Shown here: positions 1-8,641 of the stretch, in pieces | Layout: every line of letters begins with the position of its first letter | Position numbering within the stretch: the first letter of the stretch is position 1 | Source: Christensenellaceae bacterium | GTDB lineage: Bacteria; Bacillota; Clostridia; Christensenellales; Borkfalkiaceae | Reading direction: 5' to 3' | Length of the DNA stretch: 64,000 nucleotides | Assembly: GCA_045586885.1 (NCBI GenBank) | Contig: JAZNBE010000016.1 | Location: 12,757 to 76,756, forward strand | Made by a program: the position numbers and the translations under genes | The notes under the pieces: model-generated | What the model was told of the DNA's origin: nothing | Databases searched by the model: none | Seen by the model: the letters and a program-made list of their open reading frames with translations, nothing else

Positions 1-379
1 TAAAGCAACTCCGGGCCCACCTGTTGGTTCTACCTTAGGTCCTTACGGTATCAACATCCCAGGGTTTACGAAGGAATTTAACGCAAAAACCGCTGATAAA
101 GCTGGTCTTATTATTCCAGTAGTTATCACGATTTATCAAGATAGATCCTTCACTTTCATTATGAAAACCCCGCCAGTTCCTGTTCTTATCAAGAAGGCGT
201 GCGGTATTGACTCGGGTAGCGCAACCCCTAACAAAGTTAAGGTTGCTAAGCTTACCAAAGCTCAAGTTGAAGAAATCGCTAAAACCAAGATGGTTGATAC
301 TAATGCAGCATCGTTAGAAGCTTGCATGAGCATGGTTGCCGGAACTGCTCGCAGTATGGGCATCACTGTTGAGGACTAA
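1..379 (+). CDS. rplK: 50S ribosomal protein L11, C-terminal part (5' end outside window)
   Basis: Frame 2 reads [44 protein letters not shown].., typical L11; TAA at 377-379. Confidence 0.96.
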   Translation, partial: KATPGPPVGSTLGPYGINIPGFTKEFNAKTADKAGLIIPVVITIYQDRSFTFIMKTPPVPVLIKKACGIDSGSATPNKVKVAKLTKAQVEEIAKTKMVDTNAASLEACMSMVAGTARSMGITVED

Positions 380-430
380 TTATAGTTTGTGGGAGGGTTT
401 TTCCCGTTTGACCACAAGGAGGTTTATTTT

Positions 431-1120
431 ATGAAATACGGTAAAAAATACGTTGATAGTAGAAAATCTTACGATCGCTCAACCTTATATGAAGTTGGCG
501 AGGCTATGGATATTGTATTAAACACTGCTAAAGCTAAATTCGATGAAACTGTTGAACTTCACGTAAAACTTGGCGTTGACCCTAAACAAGCCGACCAACA
601 AGTTCGTGGCGTTATCGTTTTACCTAACGGAACTGGTAAATCGGTTAAAGTTTTAGTTATTGCTAAAGGCGAAAAGGCTGACCAAGCTCAAGAAGCAGGC
701 GCTGAATTCGTTGGCGCTGAAGAAATCGTTGCTAAAATCCAAAAGGAAAACTGGTTCGATTTCGACGTTGTTATCACCACTCCTGATATGATGGGCGTTG
801 TTGGTAGAATTGGTAAACTCTTAGGTCCTAAAGGCTTAATGCCAAACCCTAAGTCAGGTACCGTTACTATGGACGTTGCTAAAGCGGTTAAAGACGCTAA
901 AGCAGGTAAGGTTGAATACAGACTTGATAAGCAAGCAATTATCCACTGCCCAATCGGCAAGAAGAGTTTTGGTAAAGAAAAACTTATCGAAAACTACAAT
1001 GCTTTATACGAAGCAATCGTTAAGGCTAAACCAGCAGCAGCAAAAGGTCAATACGTAAAGAGCGTAACCTTAGCAAGCACTATGGGTCCTGGCGTAAAAG
1101 TTTCTAACAAAACTCTTTAA
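431..1120 (+). CDS. rplA: 50S ribosomal protein L1
   Basis: GGAGG 9 nt upstream of ATG 431; [38 protein letters not shown] typical L1; follows rplK. Confidence 0.96.
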   Translation: MKYGKKYVDSRKSYDRSTLYEVGEAMDIVLNTAKAKFDETVELHVKLGVDPKQADQQVRGVIVLPNGTGKSVKVLVIAKGEKADQAQEAGAEFVGAEEIVAKIQKENWFDFDVVITTPDMMGVVGRIGKLLGPKGLMPNPKSGTVTMDVAKAVKDAKAGKVEYRLDKQAIIHCPIGKKSFGKEKLIENYNALYEAIVKAKPAAAKGQYVKSVTLASTMGPGVKVSNKTL

Positions 1121-1309
1121 TTTTAGTTGACACGAATAATTTTTTGTGTTAAAGTTACTAAGTAATAATTGAATAGCCGAAGAAAGCAGGTTTTAAGTCT
1201 TGAAAAAGCACCCGCCGAGGAAGTTTGAAAAACGCTATTTTATCGCGCTCTTTTGCTGTCCTTGGCAAAAGAGCGTTTTTTTGGCTATATTCTTAAAGGA
1301 GGTATCATT
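1121..1309 (+). promoter_or_regulatory. rplJ-rplL leader (L10-leader-like) with attenuator hairpin
   Basis: 190-nt untranslated gap before rplJ; TTGACA at 1127-1132; perfect 11-bp stem CGCTCTTTTGC/GCAAAAGAGCG (1246-1275) followed by T7 (1276-1282) just before the rplJ RBS. Position matches the known L10 autoregulatory leader of Firmicutes. Confidence 0.55.
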
Positions 1310-1831
1310 TTGTCAGCAAATTTAGAAAGCAAAAAGCAAGTTGTTGAGAGCATTAAAGAGAAAATTCAAAACGCTAAATCAGTTGTTTTCGTTGACTATA
1401 AGGGTTTAACCGTTTTAGAAGACACTGAGTTTAGAAACGAATTTAGAAAAGCGAACTGCGAATATAAAGTTTTGAAGAACACTTTAGTTAGAAAAGCATT
1501 CAACGAACTTGGAATCACTTGTTTTGACGAGGACTTAAACGGTCCAACAGCAGTTGCTTTTGGTGAAGACGAAACTGCTGCTGCAAAAGTAGTTGTTGCG
1601 GCTTGCAAAAAGTTCAACGACAAAATTTCAGTAAAGAGCGCATACGTTGACGGTGCTTACGTTGACGTTAAGGGTGTTAAAGAGTTATCTGCAATGCCTT
1701 CAAAGGAAGAACTCATTGCAAAGATGCTTGGTTCTATGCAAGCGCCTATCACAAACTTTGCCGGTGCATTATCTGGCATTACTAGAAAACTCGTTATTGC
1801 GCTTAATGCAATTAGCGAAAAGAAGGCATAA
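1310..1831 (+). CDS. rplJ: 50S ribosomal protein L10
   Basis: AAGGAGG at 1295-1301, in-frame TTG at 1310 (MSANLESKKQVVE..); L10-like sequence; between rplA and rplL. Confidence 0.93.
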   Translation: MSANLESKKQVVESIKEKIQNAKSVVFVDYKGLTVLEDTEFRNEFRKANCEYKVLKNTLVRKAFNELGITCFDEDLNGPTAVAFGEDETAAAKVVVAACKKFNDKISVKSAYVDGAYVDVKGVKELSAMPSKEELIAKMLGSMQAPITNFAGALSGITRKLVIALNAISEKKA

Positions 1832-1892
1832 TTTTGCCACAACAAAAAACAGCAAATATTAAAAAAATAAATAATTATCGGAGGATATTAAA

Positions 1893-2264
1893 ATGGCTGA
1901 TATTGCAAAATTTTTAGAAGAAATTAAGAGTATGACTGTTCTTGAACTTAACGAACTTGTTAAGGCATTAGAAGAAGAATTTGGCGTTAGCGCTGCTGCT
2001 CCAGTAGCAGTTGCTGCTGCTCCAGCTGCCGCTGCTGCTCCAGCTGAAGAAGAAAAGACTGAATTCAACGTAGTTCTTAAAGAAATGGGCGGTAACAAGA
2101 TCGCTGTTATCAAAGCAGTTAGAGAAATCACTGGTCTTGGCTTAGCTGAAGCTAAAGCTTTAGCTGAAAAAGGTGGCGTAATCAAAGAAGCCGTTGCTAA
2201 AGACGAAGCTGAAAAGATGGTTGCAAAGTTCAAAGAAGCTGGCGCAACTGCTGCTATGGAATAA
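1893..2264 (+). CDS. rplL: 50S ribosomal protein L7/L12
   Basis: GGAGGA RBS; Ala/Pro hinge [21 protein letters not shown]; C-terminal domain [25 protein letters not shown]. Confidence 0.97.
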   Translation: MADIAKFLEEIKSMTVLELNELVKALEEEFGVSAAAPVAVAAAPAAAAAPAEEEKTEFNVVLKEMGGNKIAVIKAVREITGLGLAEAKALAEKGGVIKEAVAKDEAEKMVAKFKEAGATAAME

Positions 2265-2282
2265 GAATTATTCGCAAATTAA

Positions 2283-2307
2283 AGGCAAGTTATCTTGCCT
2301 TTTTTTG
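2283..2307 (+). terminator. intrinsic terminator after rplL
   Basis: AGGCAAG-TTAT-CTTGCCT stem followed by T7. Confidence 0.8.
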
Positions 2308-2581
2308 TTGCAAAAAATTAGTTAAATTTATTAAATTTAACGCTTGTCTATTGCAAAAATTTTATGTTAAATTTTCTCAAAATTTAAGGCGTTAAAAATT
2401 CAAACATTTTTGAACAAAAATAAACGATTTAACTAAAAAAATTAAAAATTTGCAAAAAATGGCGAAAAAAGTCGGTTTTTGGCTTAAAAATTACATAATT
2501 TATTGCGTTAAAAAATATCGACAAAATTTAATTATTTTTGTTCAAAAATAATTAAAAATAGTTTGGTTTTTTCTCGTTTTA

Positions 2582-2590
2582 TGTTATAAT
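2582..2590 (+). promoter_or_regulatory. extended -10 element (TGtTATAAT) upstream of the spo0A-like gene
   Basis: TGTTATAAT 35 nt before ATG 2626; weak -35 (TTTGGT) 17 nt upstream; near-0A-box TGTCGAT on the minus strand near 2517-2525. Confidence 0.4.
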
Positions 2591-2625
2591 TTTATTATGA
2601 AAAAATAAAATATAAGGAGTCAAAA

Positions 2626-3387
2626 ATGTCTAAACACACTGTATTTATTTTACAAGAGAAACAGAGTGCAATAGATGAACTGACGAAAATTTTAACAAGC
2701 GCCGATTTTGAAGTTATCGGTAGCAGTTGTTACGGAAACAAGGCGTTAGAGGCTGTTCAAGAGAAAAAACCTGAGTTTTTAATTTTGGGAATAATTGCTT
2801 TTTGCCTTGACGGACTTGAAGTTATGGCTAGAGTTAAAGAGATGAACGTTGAAACTAAGTGCATAGTTTTAAGCTCAATTACTCGTGATGAAATTATTCA
2901 AAAGGCCTTTGACGAGGGCGCGTTTTATTATTTTGCTAAACCGCTTGATGAAAAGGTTTTAGTCGATAGGCTTATTAGTTTTACAAAAAATAGTAGCATT
3001 AGCGAAGTTAAGGGTTTTAGCGGTGAGCCTAAAAAACCTATAAGCCTTGATGAAAAAATAAGTAAAATTTTTATATCGGTTGGAATTCCACCGCACATTA
3101 AGGGTTATACTTATTTAAGAGAAGGTATAAAAATGGCGGTAGAATCGCCAGAGGTTATAAACAACATAACGAAGAAGTTGTATCCGTCTATTGGCGAGAA
3201 ATATCAAACTTCGGCGTCAAAGGTAGAGCGCGCTATTCGCCACGCTATCGAAGTTGCTTGGAATAGGGGCAGAATTGATAGCATAAACTCAATTTTTGGG
3301 GTAAGAGCATACGTTGGTAGCGAGAAGCCAACTAACGGCGAATTTATTGCTCTTGTTGCCGATAAAATGATTTTAGAAGGCGCTTAA
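2626..3387 (+). CDS. Spo0A-family transcription factor with degenerate (non-phosphorylatable?) receiver domain
   Basis: C-terminal Spo0A_C signature (IPPHIKGYTYLREGIKMAV, SKVERAIRHAIEVAWNRG). N-terminal CheY-like fold, but acidic pocket DD is QE (aa 10-11) and the phospho-acceptor position is Gly55 (LILGIIAFCLDGL; GGA 2788-2790). Confidence 0.85.
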   Translation: MSKHTVFILQEKQSAIDELTKILTSADFEVIGSSCYGNKALEAVQEKKPEFLILGIIAFCLDGLEVMARVKEMNVETKCIVLSSITRDEIIQKAFDEGAFYYFAKPLDEKVLVDRLISFTKNSSISEVKGFSGEPKKPISLDEKISKIFISVGIPPHIKGYTYLREGIKMAVESPEVINNITKKLYPSIGEKYQTSASKVERAIRHAIEVAWNRGRIDSINSIFGVRAYVGSEKPTNGEFIALVADKMILEGA

Positions 3388-3565
3388 CGATTAAAAAACA
3401 GTAAACGTTAAGTGAAATATAAAAAAATATCAAAAAATTTATAAAAAACACTTTACAAATTTTCATAATATAAATATAATAAGTGCGCTTAATAAGTTTA
3501 AGCGCATATATTTTTTTCTAATTTTGCATAGAATTGCGTATAGTAACGCTCTTTTGGAGGTCTTT

Positions 3566-4105
3566 ATGCCAAAATATAAACTTTGCCCAAGATGTGAATT
3601 AAATTATATTCCTGAAGAAGAGGAATATTGTGGCGTTTGCAAAGCCGAGCTAAAAATTGGGCCTCAACTAATGTTTGCGGTTGATGACGAAGAAGAAAAT
3701 CAAGAAAAACTTTGCCCTATCTGTAAAAGGGTTTATATTCCTGTTGCTAGTGAAATGTGCGAAAGTTGTAAAGAACAATCGCAATATGGCGACGATAAGG
3801 ATGATATCGACCTTGATAAAGATGAAAAATGGCGTGATTTCCTTGATGAAGATGAGAAAGACGATATCATTAACAAAGAAAATAGCGAAGAATTCTTGTC
3901 TTTAAGCGAGCTTGAAAAGCAAGAAGCGGAAGAACTTTTCGACGATGAAGAAGAAGAGTATAGCGACGATGAAGAAATGATGGAAACTCGTGACGATTTT
4001 GACGATGATTTCGAGATTATTCCTTTCAAAGAAGGCGACTATATTGACGAAGACGACGACGAAGAGGACGAAGAAGACTTTGACGATGATGACGACGATA
4101 TTTAA
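3566..4105 (+). CDS. hypothetical double zinc-ribbon protein with poly-acidic tail
   Basis: GGAGG RBS then ATG 3566; two CxxC-x(13-15)-CxxC motifs (CPRC..CGVC; CPIC..CESC); C-terminal ~110 aa almost entirely D/E. Confidence 0.7.
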   Translation: MPKYKLCPRCELNYIPEEEEYCGVCKAELKIGPQLMFAVDDEEENQEKLCPICKRVYIPVASEMCESCKEQSQYGDDKDDIDLDKDEKWRDFLDEDEKDDIINKENSEEFLSLSELEKQEAEELFDDEEEEYSDDEEMMETRDDFDDDFEIIPFKEGDYIDEDDDEEDEEDFDDDDDDI

Positions 4106-4145
4106 TTTTTAGAATATTTTGCTAAAATTTGGCAATAATATTTCT

Positions 4146-4397
4146 ATGATTAAGTCTGATTTAAGTTTCGAAACGGTAAGAAGGGCTATTGAAGGTCTTT
4201 GCAACCAAAAAGTGAAAATTACTCAAAATTTAGGTAGAAACAAATACGTCTCATATAAGGGGGTTGTGAGTGGGGTGTATCCTGCGCTATTTACCGTAAC
4301 GCCTGATCTTCCAAACAACTTCAAAACGAGTTTTTCATACGCCGAAGTTATCTGTGGCGACGTGAAAATTACAACTAACAGTGAAAAAAGGGGCTAA
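4146..4397 (+). CDS. veg: Veg-like protein (start uncertain: 4119 or 4146)
   Basis: ~85 aa; LGRNKYVSYKGVVSGVYPALFTV....SFSYAEVICGDVKI parallels B. subtilis Veg (GGRRK..G.L...YPSVF...SYSYADIL); veg-ispE neighbourhood resembles Bacillus. Confidence 0.75.
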   Translation: MIKSDLSFETVRRAIEGLCNQKVKITQNLGRNKYVSYKGVVSGVYPALFTVTPDLPNNFKTSFSYAEVICGDVKITTNSEKRG

Positions 4398-4411
4398 TAA
4401 GCCCTTTTTTT
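4391..4411 (+). terminator. terminator overlapping the veg stop codon
   Basis: GGGCT-AATA-AGCCC stem followed by T7. Confidence 0.6.
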
Positions 4412-4497
4412 GTTTATAAATTAAAAAAAGCATAACGTTCGTTCTAAAATAGAGCCGTTTAACATAATATTATTTAGAGAATTTTCGAGGTGATTAA

Positions 4498-5964
4498 ATG
4501 TTTCAAGCGGAATATGATAATTTTACTCTATGCGCTAAAAAATGCGTGCAAAAAAAGAACGAACTAGAATGTTCGCTTAACCTATCTTTAGACTATTTTG
4601 ATAAGATTTTATCAATTTCGGCAAAAATAGTTGAAACTACTGCGAGCATTGACGCAGGGCTCTTAATTTACGGCGGAACGGTAGTTTTTAATGCGATTTT
4701 CCAAAACGAAGAGTTAGAAAGAAACGAAGTTGGCGCAAAATTTTCGTTCTCTATGCCGATAGAAAAGCCTAGCGCAAACGAAAGCGTTAAATATCAAATT
4801 GATAACGTAAAAATCAAGAAAGAAGGCGGAATGCTTTTTGCCGTTTTAGAAATAACGGCTACTATTTGCTACGAAGAGCGTGAAGATAAAAAATATTTAA
4901 CTAGTTCAAATTGTTTATGCAATAAGGCAAAGAACACAAGCCTTTGCGATATTGAATTTTCTAACGTTTTCGATATTGAAGACGAGTTTGACGCAAAGCG
5001 CATAAAAAAGGTGCTTTGGCAAGATGCAAGAGCAAGCATTACTATGGCTGAAGTTAAAGAAAATTGCGTTATTTGCGATGGCGAAGTAACCTTATGCGTT
5101 TGTTTGTTGCCTTTTTTAGAAAATAGTGATATATTAAAAGAAGAAAGAATTATTCCTTTTAGATTTGAAGTTGACGTTCAGGGCGCTGAAAGTTTTATGC
5201 AAGCAAGAGCAAGCGCAAGCGTTGAAAAACTTCAACTTAAAGTTATAGTTGATGAAGAAAACAATAAATCAACAATAAATACTGAAATTGCCGTTAAAAT
5301 ATTTGGGTTTGTTCAAGGTGAAGTTGAAGAAGATTTTATAATCGACGTGTTTAGCCCTACCGTAGAATTAAAACCTAGTTTCGTCGAACGTTCTATCGAT
5401 AAGTTAGTTTCTCAAAACAGTTTTATTCACAAAATTTCGGGTAAAGCCATTTGCGACGTGCCTGAATATTCACGCTTTATAAAACTAATTTGCGAAAGTA
5501 TTGAATACACGTCTTCTAAAGAAAAAGATGAAATTTTATTAGTCGGCGTATTAAATGCGGACGCTTTATTTTCTTCAGGAGAGAACGAACTTATTTGTAA
5601 AAAAGCGTCTTTGCCGTTTAGTTTAAGCCTAAAAACTGACGGCGAAGATTTGGAATTAGAAGCCGTTTTACAAAGCGTTTCGGCAAAATTAAGAAGCGGT
5701 GCAATCGAAGTTGATTTAACGCTTAGAGTTTGCGAAGTAAAAACCAAAAAGTTGGTCTATAAGCTCGTAAACGACGTAATTGAAGGCGAATTAACGCCTG
5801 AAAACGATAGCGCTATTAGCGTTTATATTGCTCAAAAAGGCGATGATGAGTGGACCGTTATGAAGCGGTTACAAGTAGGGCTTGAAGAAATTTATAAGTT
5901 CAATAAAGATTTAGAATTTCCGCTCAAAGGCGATGAAAGAATTATCGTTTTTAGGCAAAAATAA
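4498..5964 (+). CDS. hypothetical protein (488 aa), possibly DUF3794-like sporulation-associated
   Basis: GAGGTG RBS; long uninterrupted ORF between veg and ispE; no motif I can name with certainty. Confidence 0.7.
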   Translation: MFQAEYDNFTLCAKKCVQKKNELECSLNLSLDYFDKILSISAKIVETTASIDAGLLIYGGTVVFNAIFQNEELERNEVGAKFSFSMPIEKPSANESVKYQIDNVKIKKEGGMLFAVLEITATICYEEREDKKYLTSSNCLCNKAKNTSLCDIEFSNVFDIEDEFDAKRIKKVLWQDARASITMAEVKENCVICDGEVTLCVCLLPFLENSDILKEERIIPFRFEVDVQGAESFMQARASASVEKLQLKVIVDEENNKSTINTEIAVKIFGFVQGEVEEDFIIDVFSPTVELKPSFVERSIDKLVSQNSFIHKISGKAICDVPEYSRFIKLICESIEYTSSKEKDEILLVGVLNADALFSSGENELICKKASLPFSLSLKTDGEDLELEAVLQSVSAKLRSGAIEVDLTLRVCEVKTKKLVYKLVNDVIEGELTPENDSAISVYIAQKGDDEWTVMKRLQVGLEEIYKFNKDLEFPLKGDERIIVFRQK

Positions 5965-5979
5965 AAAACGAGGTAACAA

Positions 5980-6891
5980 ATGAAAACGGTTAGAGAAAAG
6001 GCTTACGCTAAAATAAACTTGTTTTTAGATATTGTTGGGACTGATGAAAACGGCTATCATATGCTAGATACCGTCGTTTCAACTATTTCGCTTTTTGATA
6101 GCGTGGTGGTATCTTCTCGCCGTGATGATAAAATAGTGTTAAAAACCGCAGGGAGTTTATATTCCGTAACCGATGGTTTTGATAATAACGCCTATAAAGC
6201 GGCAAAACTTTTTCAAGAAACGTTTAACACTAAAGGCGTTGATATAACGCTAAATAAAAATATACCTGTTGCTAGTGGGCTTGGCGGTTCTTCTGCCGAT
6301 ATTGCCGGCGTTTTGAAGGCGATGAAGAAACTTTTTAAGGTTGAAGAAGATATTAAACCTATTGCCGATAAACTTGGTAGCGATTCTGGGTATCTTTTAA
6401 CCGGTGGCTTTGCAAGGCTTTCAGGCAGAGGCGAAATTGTTGAAAGTTTAGATTTAACGAATAAACTTTATCTTGTAATTGGAATAGCAAAAGGTGGAGT
6501 GAATACGGCTGATTGTTATAAAGAATATGATAATCAACAAGTTACGCCAATTAAAAACGGCTCGAGGGGGCTTATTGAAAACCTTAAAAACAATAAAGTA
6601 TGCGAAAGTGATTTTTATAACGCTCTCTATCTTCCGGCAACTAAAATAAACGAAAAAGTTAAAGAACTTTATGAAGATATGAAAGCGTTATCGCCAAAAG
6701 CGGTAGCAATGAGCGGAAGCGGAAGTAGTGTTTACGCTATTTTTGATTCGTTTGAACTCACCGAGTGGGCGCGGTTGAAACTAAACAAAAAATATAAAGA
6801 CGTTTTTACCGCCGAAACTTTAACCGTTAATGAAATGAATAAGATAGGTCTTTTTGGAAGAACGCCATATAGACTTGAAGAAGAAAATTAA
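5980..6891 (+). CDS. ispE: 4-diphosphocytidyl-2-C-methyl-D-erythritol kinase
   Basis: KAYAKINLFLDIVG..DGYH N-terminus; GHMP kinase motif PVASGLGGSSADIAG. Confidence 0.92.
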   Translation: MKTVREKAYAKINLFLDIVGTDENGYHMLDTVVSTISLFDSVVVSSRRDDKIVLKTAGSLYSVTDGFDNNAYKAAKLFQETFNTKGVDITLNKNIPVASGLGGSSADIAGVLKAMKKLFKVEEDIKPIADKLGSDSGYLLTGGFARLSGRGEIVESLDLTNKLYLVIGIAKGGVNTADCYKEYDNQQVTPIKNGSRGLIENLKNNKVCESDFYNALYLPATKINEKVKELYEDMKALSPKAVAMSGSGSSVYAIFDSFELTEWARLKLNKKYKDVFTAETLTVNEMNKIGLFGRTPYRLEEEN

Positions 6892-6910
6892 AAAGTTAAA
6901 AAAATAAAAC

Positions 6911-7308
6911 AAAAACGCAACCAAAATGCGTGATCTTCTTAGCGGAGAATTTGAAAAGTGCCTCTAAGTGCGAGCATCGCATTTGTCTGGTCAAATGCAA
7001 AATGGGCTAAGCCCAAACCCTTATTACACGCAGAAAGAGATAACAAATCGGTTCGTAGCCGAAATGTTATCTCTTTTTTCTGCTTGGCGATATGTTTGCA
7101 AGCAAACGCGATATACTCGCTTTGCTCGTGCGATATATTGTCGTTTCGCTCCAATGCGATATGATATAAATCCCCTCACGCCCCGCAGGGCATATCGCAA
7201 GGCGTAGGCCTTATATCGCTCCCGCAAGGGAATATCGCAGATCCCGTAAGGGATTTATATCGCTGCGTGTTCTCCGTTAAGGATAACACGCTAAAAGGTT
7301 GCGTTTTT
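6911..7308. repeat. ~400-bp non-coding palindromic mosaic element (39-nt imperfect terminal inverted repeats, mirrored GCGATAT/ATATCGC heptamer arrays, multiple mini-hairpins)
   Basis: Left arm 6911-6949 vs reverse complement of right arm 7270-7308 (~31/39 identical). GCGATAT at 7087, 7108, 7130, 7156; ATATCGC at 7192, 7213, 7232, 7257. GNRA-type hairpins TCCC-GCAA-GGGA and ATCCC-GTAA-GGGAT. Only short overlapping ORFs. Confidence 0.75.
7035..7080 (+). terminator. terminator-like long hairpin inside the mosaic element (possible ispE terminator)
   Basis: AAGAGATAAC (7035-7044) pairs with GTTATCTCTT (7066-7075), followed by a T-run. Confidence 0.5.
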
Positions 7309-7382
7309 TATATTCGTTTTTGTTTAAGATAAAAATTTTTCGTTAATAATTATAGTATCACAATTTTTTGGGAGAGAAAAAA

Positions 7383-7910
7383 ATGAAACGTCTATGCATA
7401 AGTTTTGCGGTTATTCTCATAATAATTTTAGCATTTAACTTTATTCCAACAAAAACGGAAAATACCGAATATTTAAGAATTCATATAAGGGCAAATTCTA
7501 ACTCTTCTAGCGACCAAGCCATCAAGTTAGAAATAAGAGATTTAGTAGTAAATTATCTTGCTAAAGACATTGCTTGCACTTATTCAAAGGCTCAGGCTAT
7601 TGAACTTATTGAAAGTAAGAAAAACGCTATTAACGGGCTTATAGACGGGTTTTTGGCTCAAAATGGGTTTGATTATTCGGCAAACGTAAAGATTTGCAAG
7701 GAAGAATTTCCTACTCGAGAATATGAAGACGTTACGCTTTATCAAGGTTATTATGACGCAATAATTATTGAACTAGGAAAAGCCGAGGGAGATAATTGGT
7801 GGTGCGTTGTGTTTCCACCGCTTTGTTGGACGGATACTTCCGTAAAATATAAATCGAAAATTTTAGAGATTATAAACGATTTTTTTATTGATAACAAAAA
7901 GGAGGAATAA
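7383..7910 (+). CDS. spoIIR: stage II sporulation protein R
   Basis: N-terminal TM; YLRIHIRANSNSSSDQAIKLEIRD and GDNWWCVVFPPLCW are SpoIIR hallmarks. Confidence 0.9.
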   Translation: MKRLCISFAVILIIILAFNFIPTKTENTEYLRIHIRANSNSSSDQAIKLEIRDLVVNYLAKDIACTYSKAQAIELIESKKNAINGLIDGFLAQNGFDYSANVKICKEEFPTREYEDVTLYQGYYDAIIIELGKAEGDNWWCVVFPPLCWTDTSVKYKSKILEIINDFFIDNKKEE

Positions 7911-8632
7911 TGAAAAAAGCGTTAAAAATATTAATTATATCGCTATCTTTAATCGCGGTGTTTTCAGCATCTTATTTTATATCATTTAATAATATGAAAG
8001 ATGCAAGCGCCGAAACTTTAGAGCAAGCGGTTATGATAGCAACTTACCGTCAAGGCTCTAGTGGAGCAACGGTAAAAACTATTCAACGAAAACTCAAAAA
8101 CTGGGGTTATTACACCGGTTCGGTTGACGGAATTTTCGGCGCAAAAACTACTGCCGCCGTTAAATATTTCCAAAGAAAGAACGGTTTGACCGTAGATGGT
8201 ATTGTGGGAGCAAAAACTCTAAAGGCTCTTGGAATTTCAACTTCATCTAGTTCTAGTTCAACTTCTGGCGGTAGTTATTCTAATAGCGACTTAAATTTGC
8301 TTGCAAGAGTTGTTAGCGGTGAAGCGCGCGGTGAAAACTATACTGGAAAAGTTGCGGTAGCAGCCGTTGTTCTAAACAGAGTTAAGAGTTCGTCTTTCCC
8401 TAATACCATTTCAGGCGTAGTTTATCAGCCATACGCATTTACCGCCGTAGCGGACGGTCAAATTAACGTTGCGCCAGATAATTCTTGCTATGAAGCGGCA
8501 AAGGCTGCTCTTAACGGATGGGACCCAACCAACGGCGCAATTTACTACTATAATCCAAAAACTGCCACAAGCTCTTGGATTTTCTCAAGAACTACCGTTG
8601 CCGTAATAGGCAATCACGTTTTTGCAATTTAA
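7910..8632 (+). CDS. sleB: spore cortex-lytic enzyme SleB-like (PG-binding domain + cell wall hydrolase domain)
   Basis: Signal/TM; PG_binding_1-like repeat (GSSGATVKTIQRKLKNWGYYTGSVDGIFGAKT); Hydrolase_2 motif LLARVVSGEARGE..AVAAVVLNRV; TAATG overlap with spoIIR. Confidence 0.88.
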   Translation: MKKALKILIISLSLIAVFSASYFISFNNMKDASAETLEQAVMIATYRQGSSGATVKTIQRKLKNWGYYTGSVDGIFGAKTTAAVKYFQRKNGLTVDGIVGAKTLKALGISTSSSSSSTSGGSYSNSDLNLLARVVSGEARGENYTGKVAVAAVVLNRVKSSSFPNTISGVVYQPYAFTAVADGQINVAPDNSCYEAAKAALNGWDPTNGAIYYYNPKTATSSWIFSRTTVAVIGNHVFAI

Positions 8633-8641
8633 TAAGGAGAG

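Noticed and set aside
1859-2233. Antisense ORFs inside real genes (for example 688-960, 1396-1623, 1859-2233, 3733-4029, 9001-9243, 54739-55035, 24227-24526)
   Set aside because: Each lies opposite a well-supported gene and gives Ser/Ala/Leu-rich low-complexity translations typical of the mirror frame of GAA/AAA-rich coding sequence.
6939-7227. Four overlapping 67-79 aa ORFs on both strands between ispE and spoIIR
   Set aside because: They lie entirely inside the heptamer/hairpin mosaic element. They have no RBS and overlap one another in several frames. Their odd Arg/Tyr periodicity is simply the translated CGATAT repeat, so they are spurious.
7087-7263. Possible CRISPR array (regularly spaced short repeats), also at 44674-44846
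   Set aside because: The repeat unit is only 7 nt with 12-19 nt spacers. The copies are mirrored rather than direct, and there are no cas genes, so this is not CRISPR.
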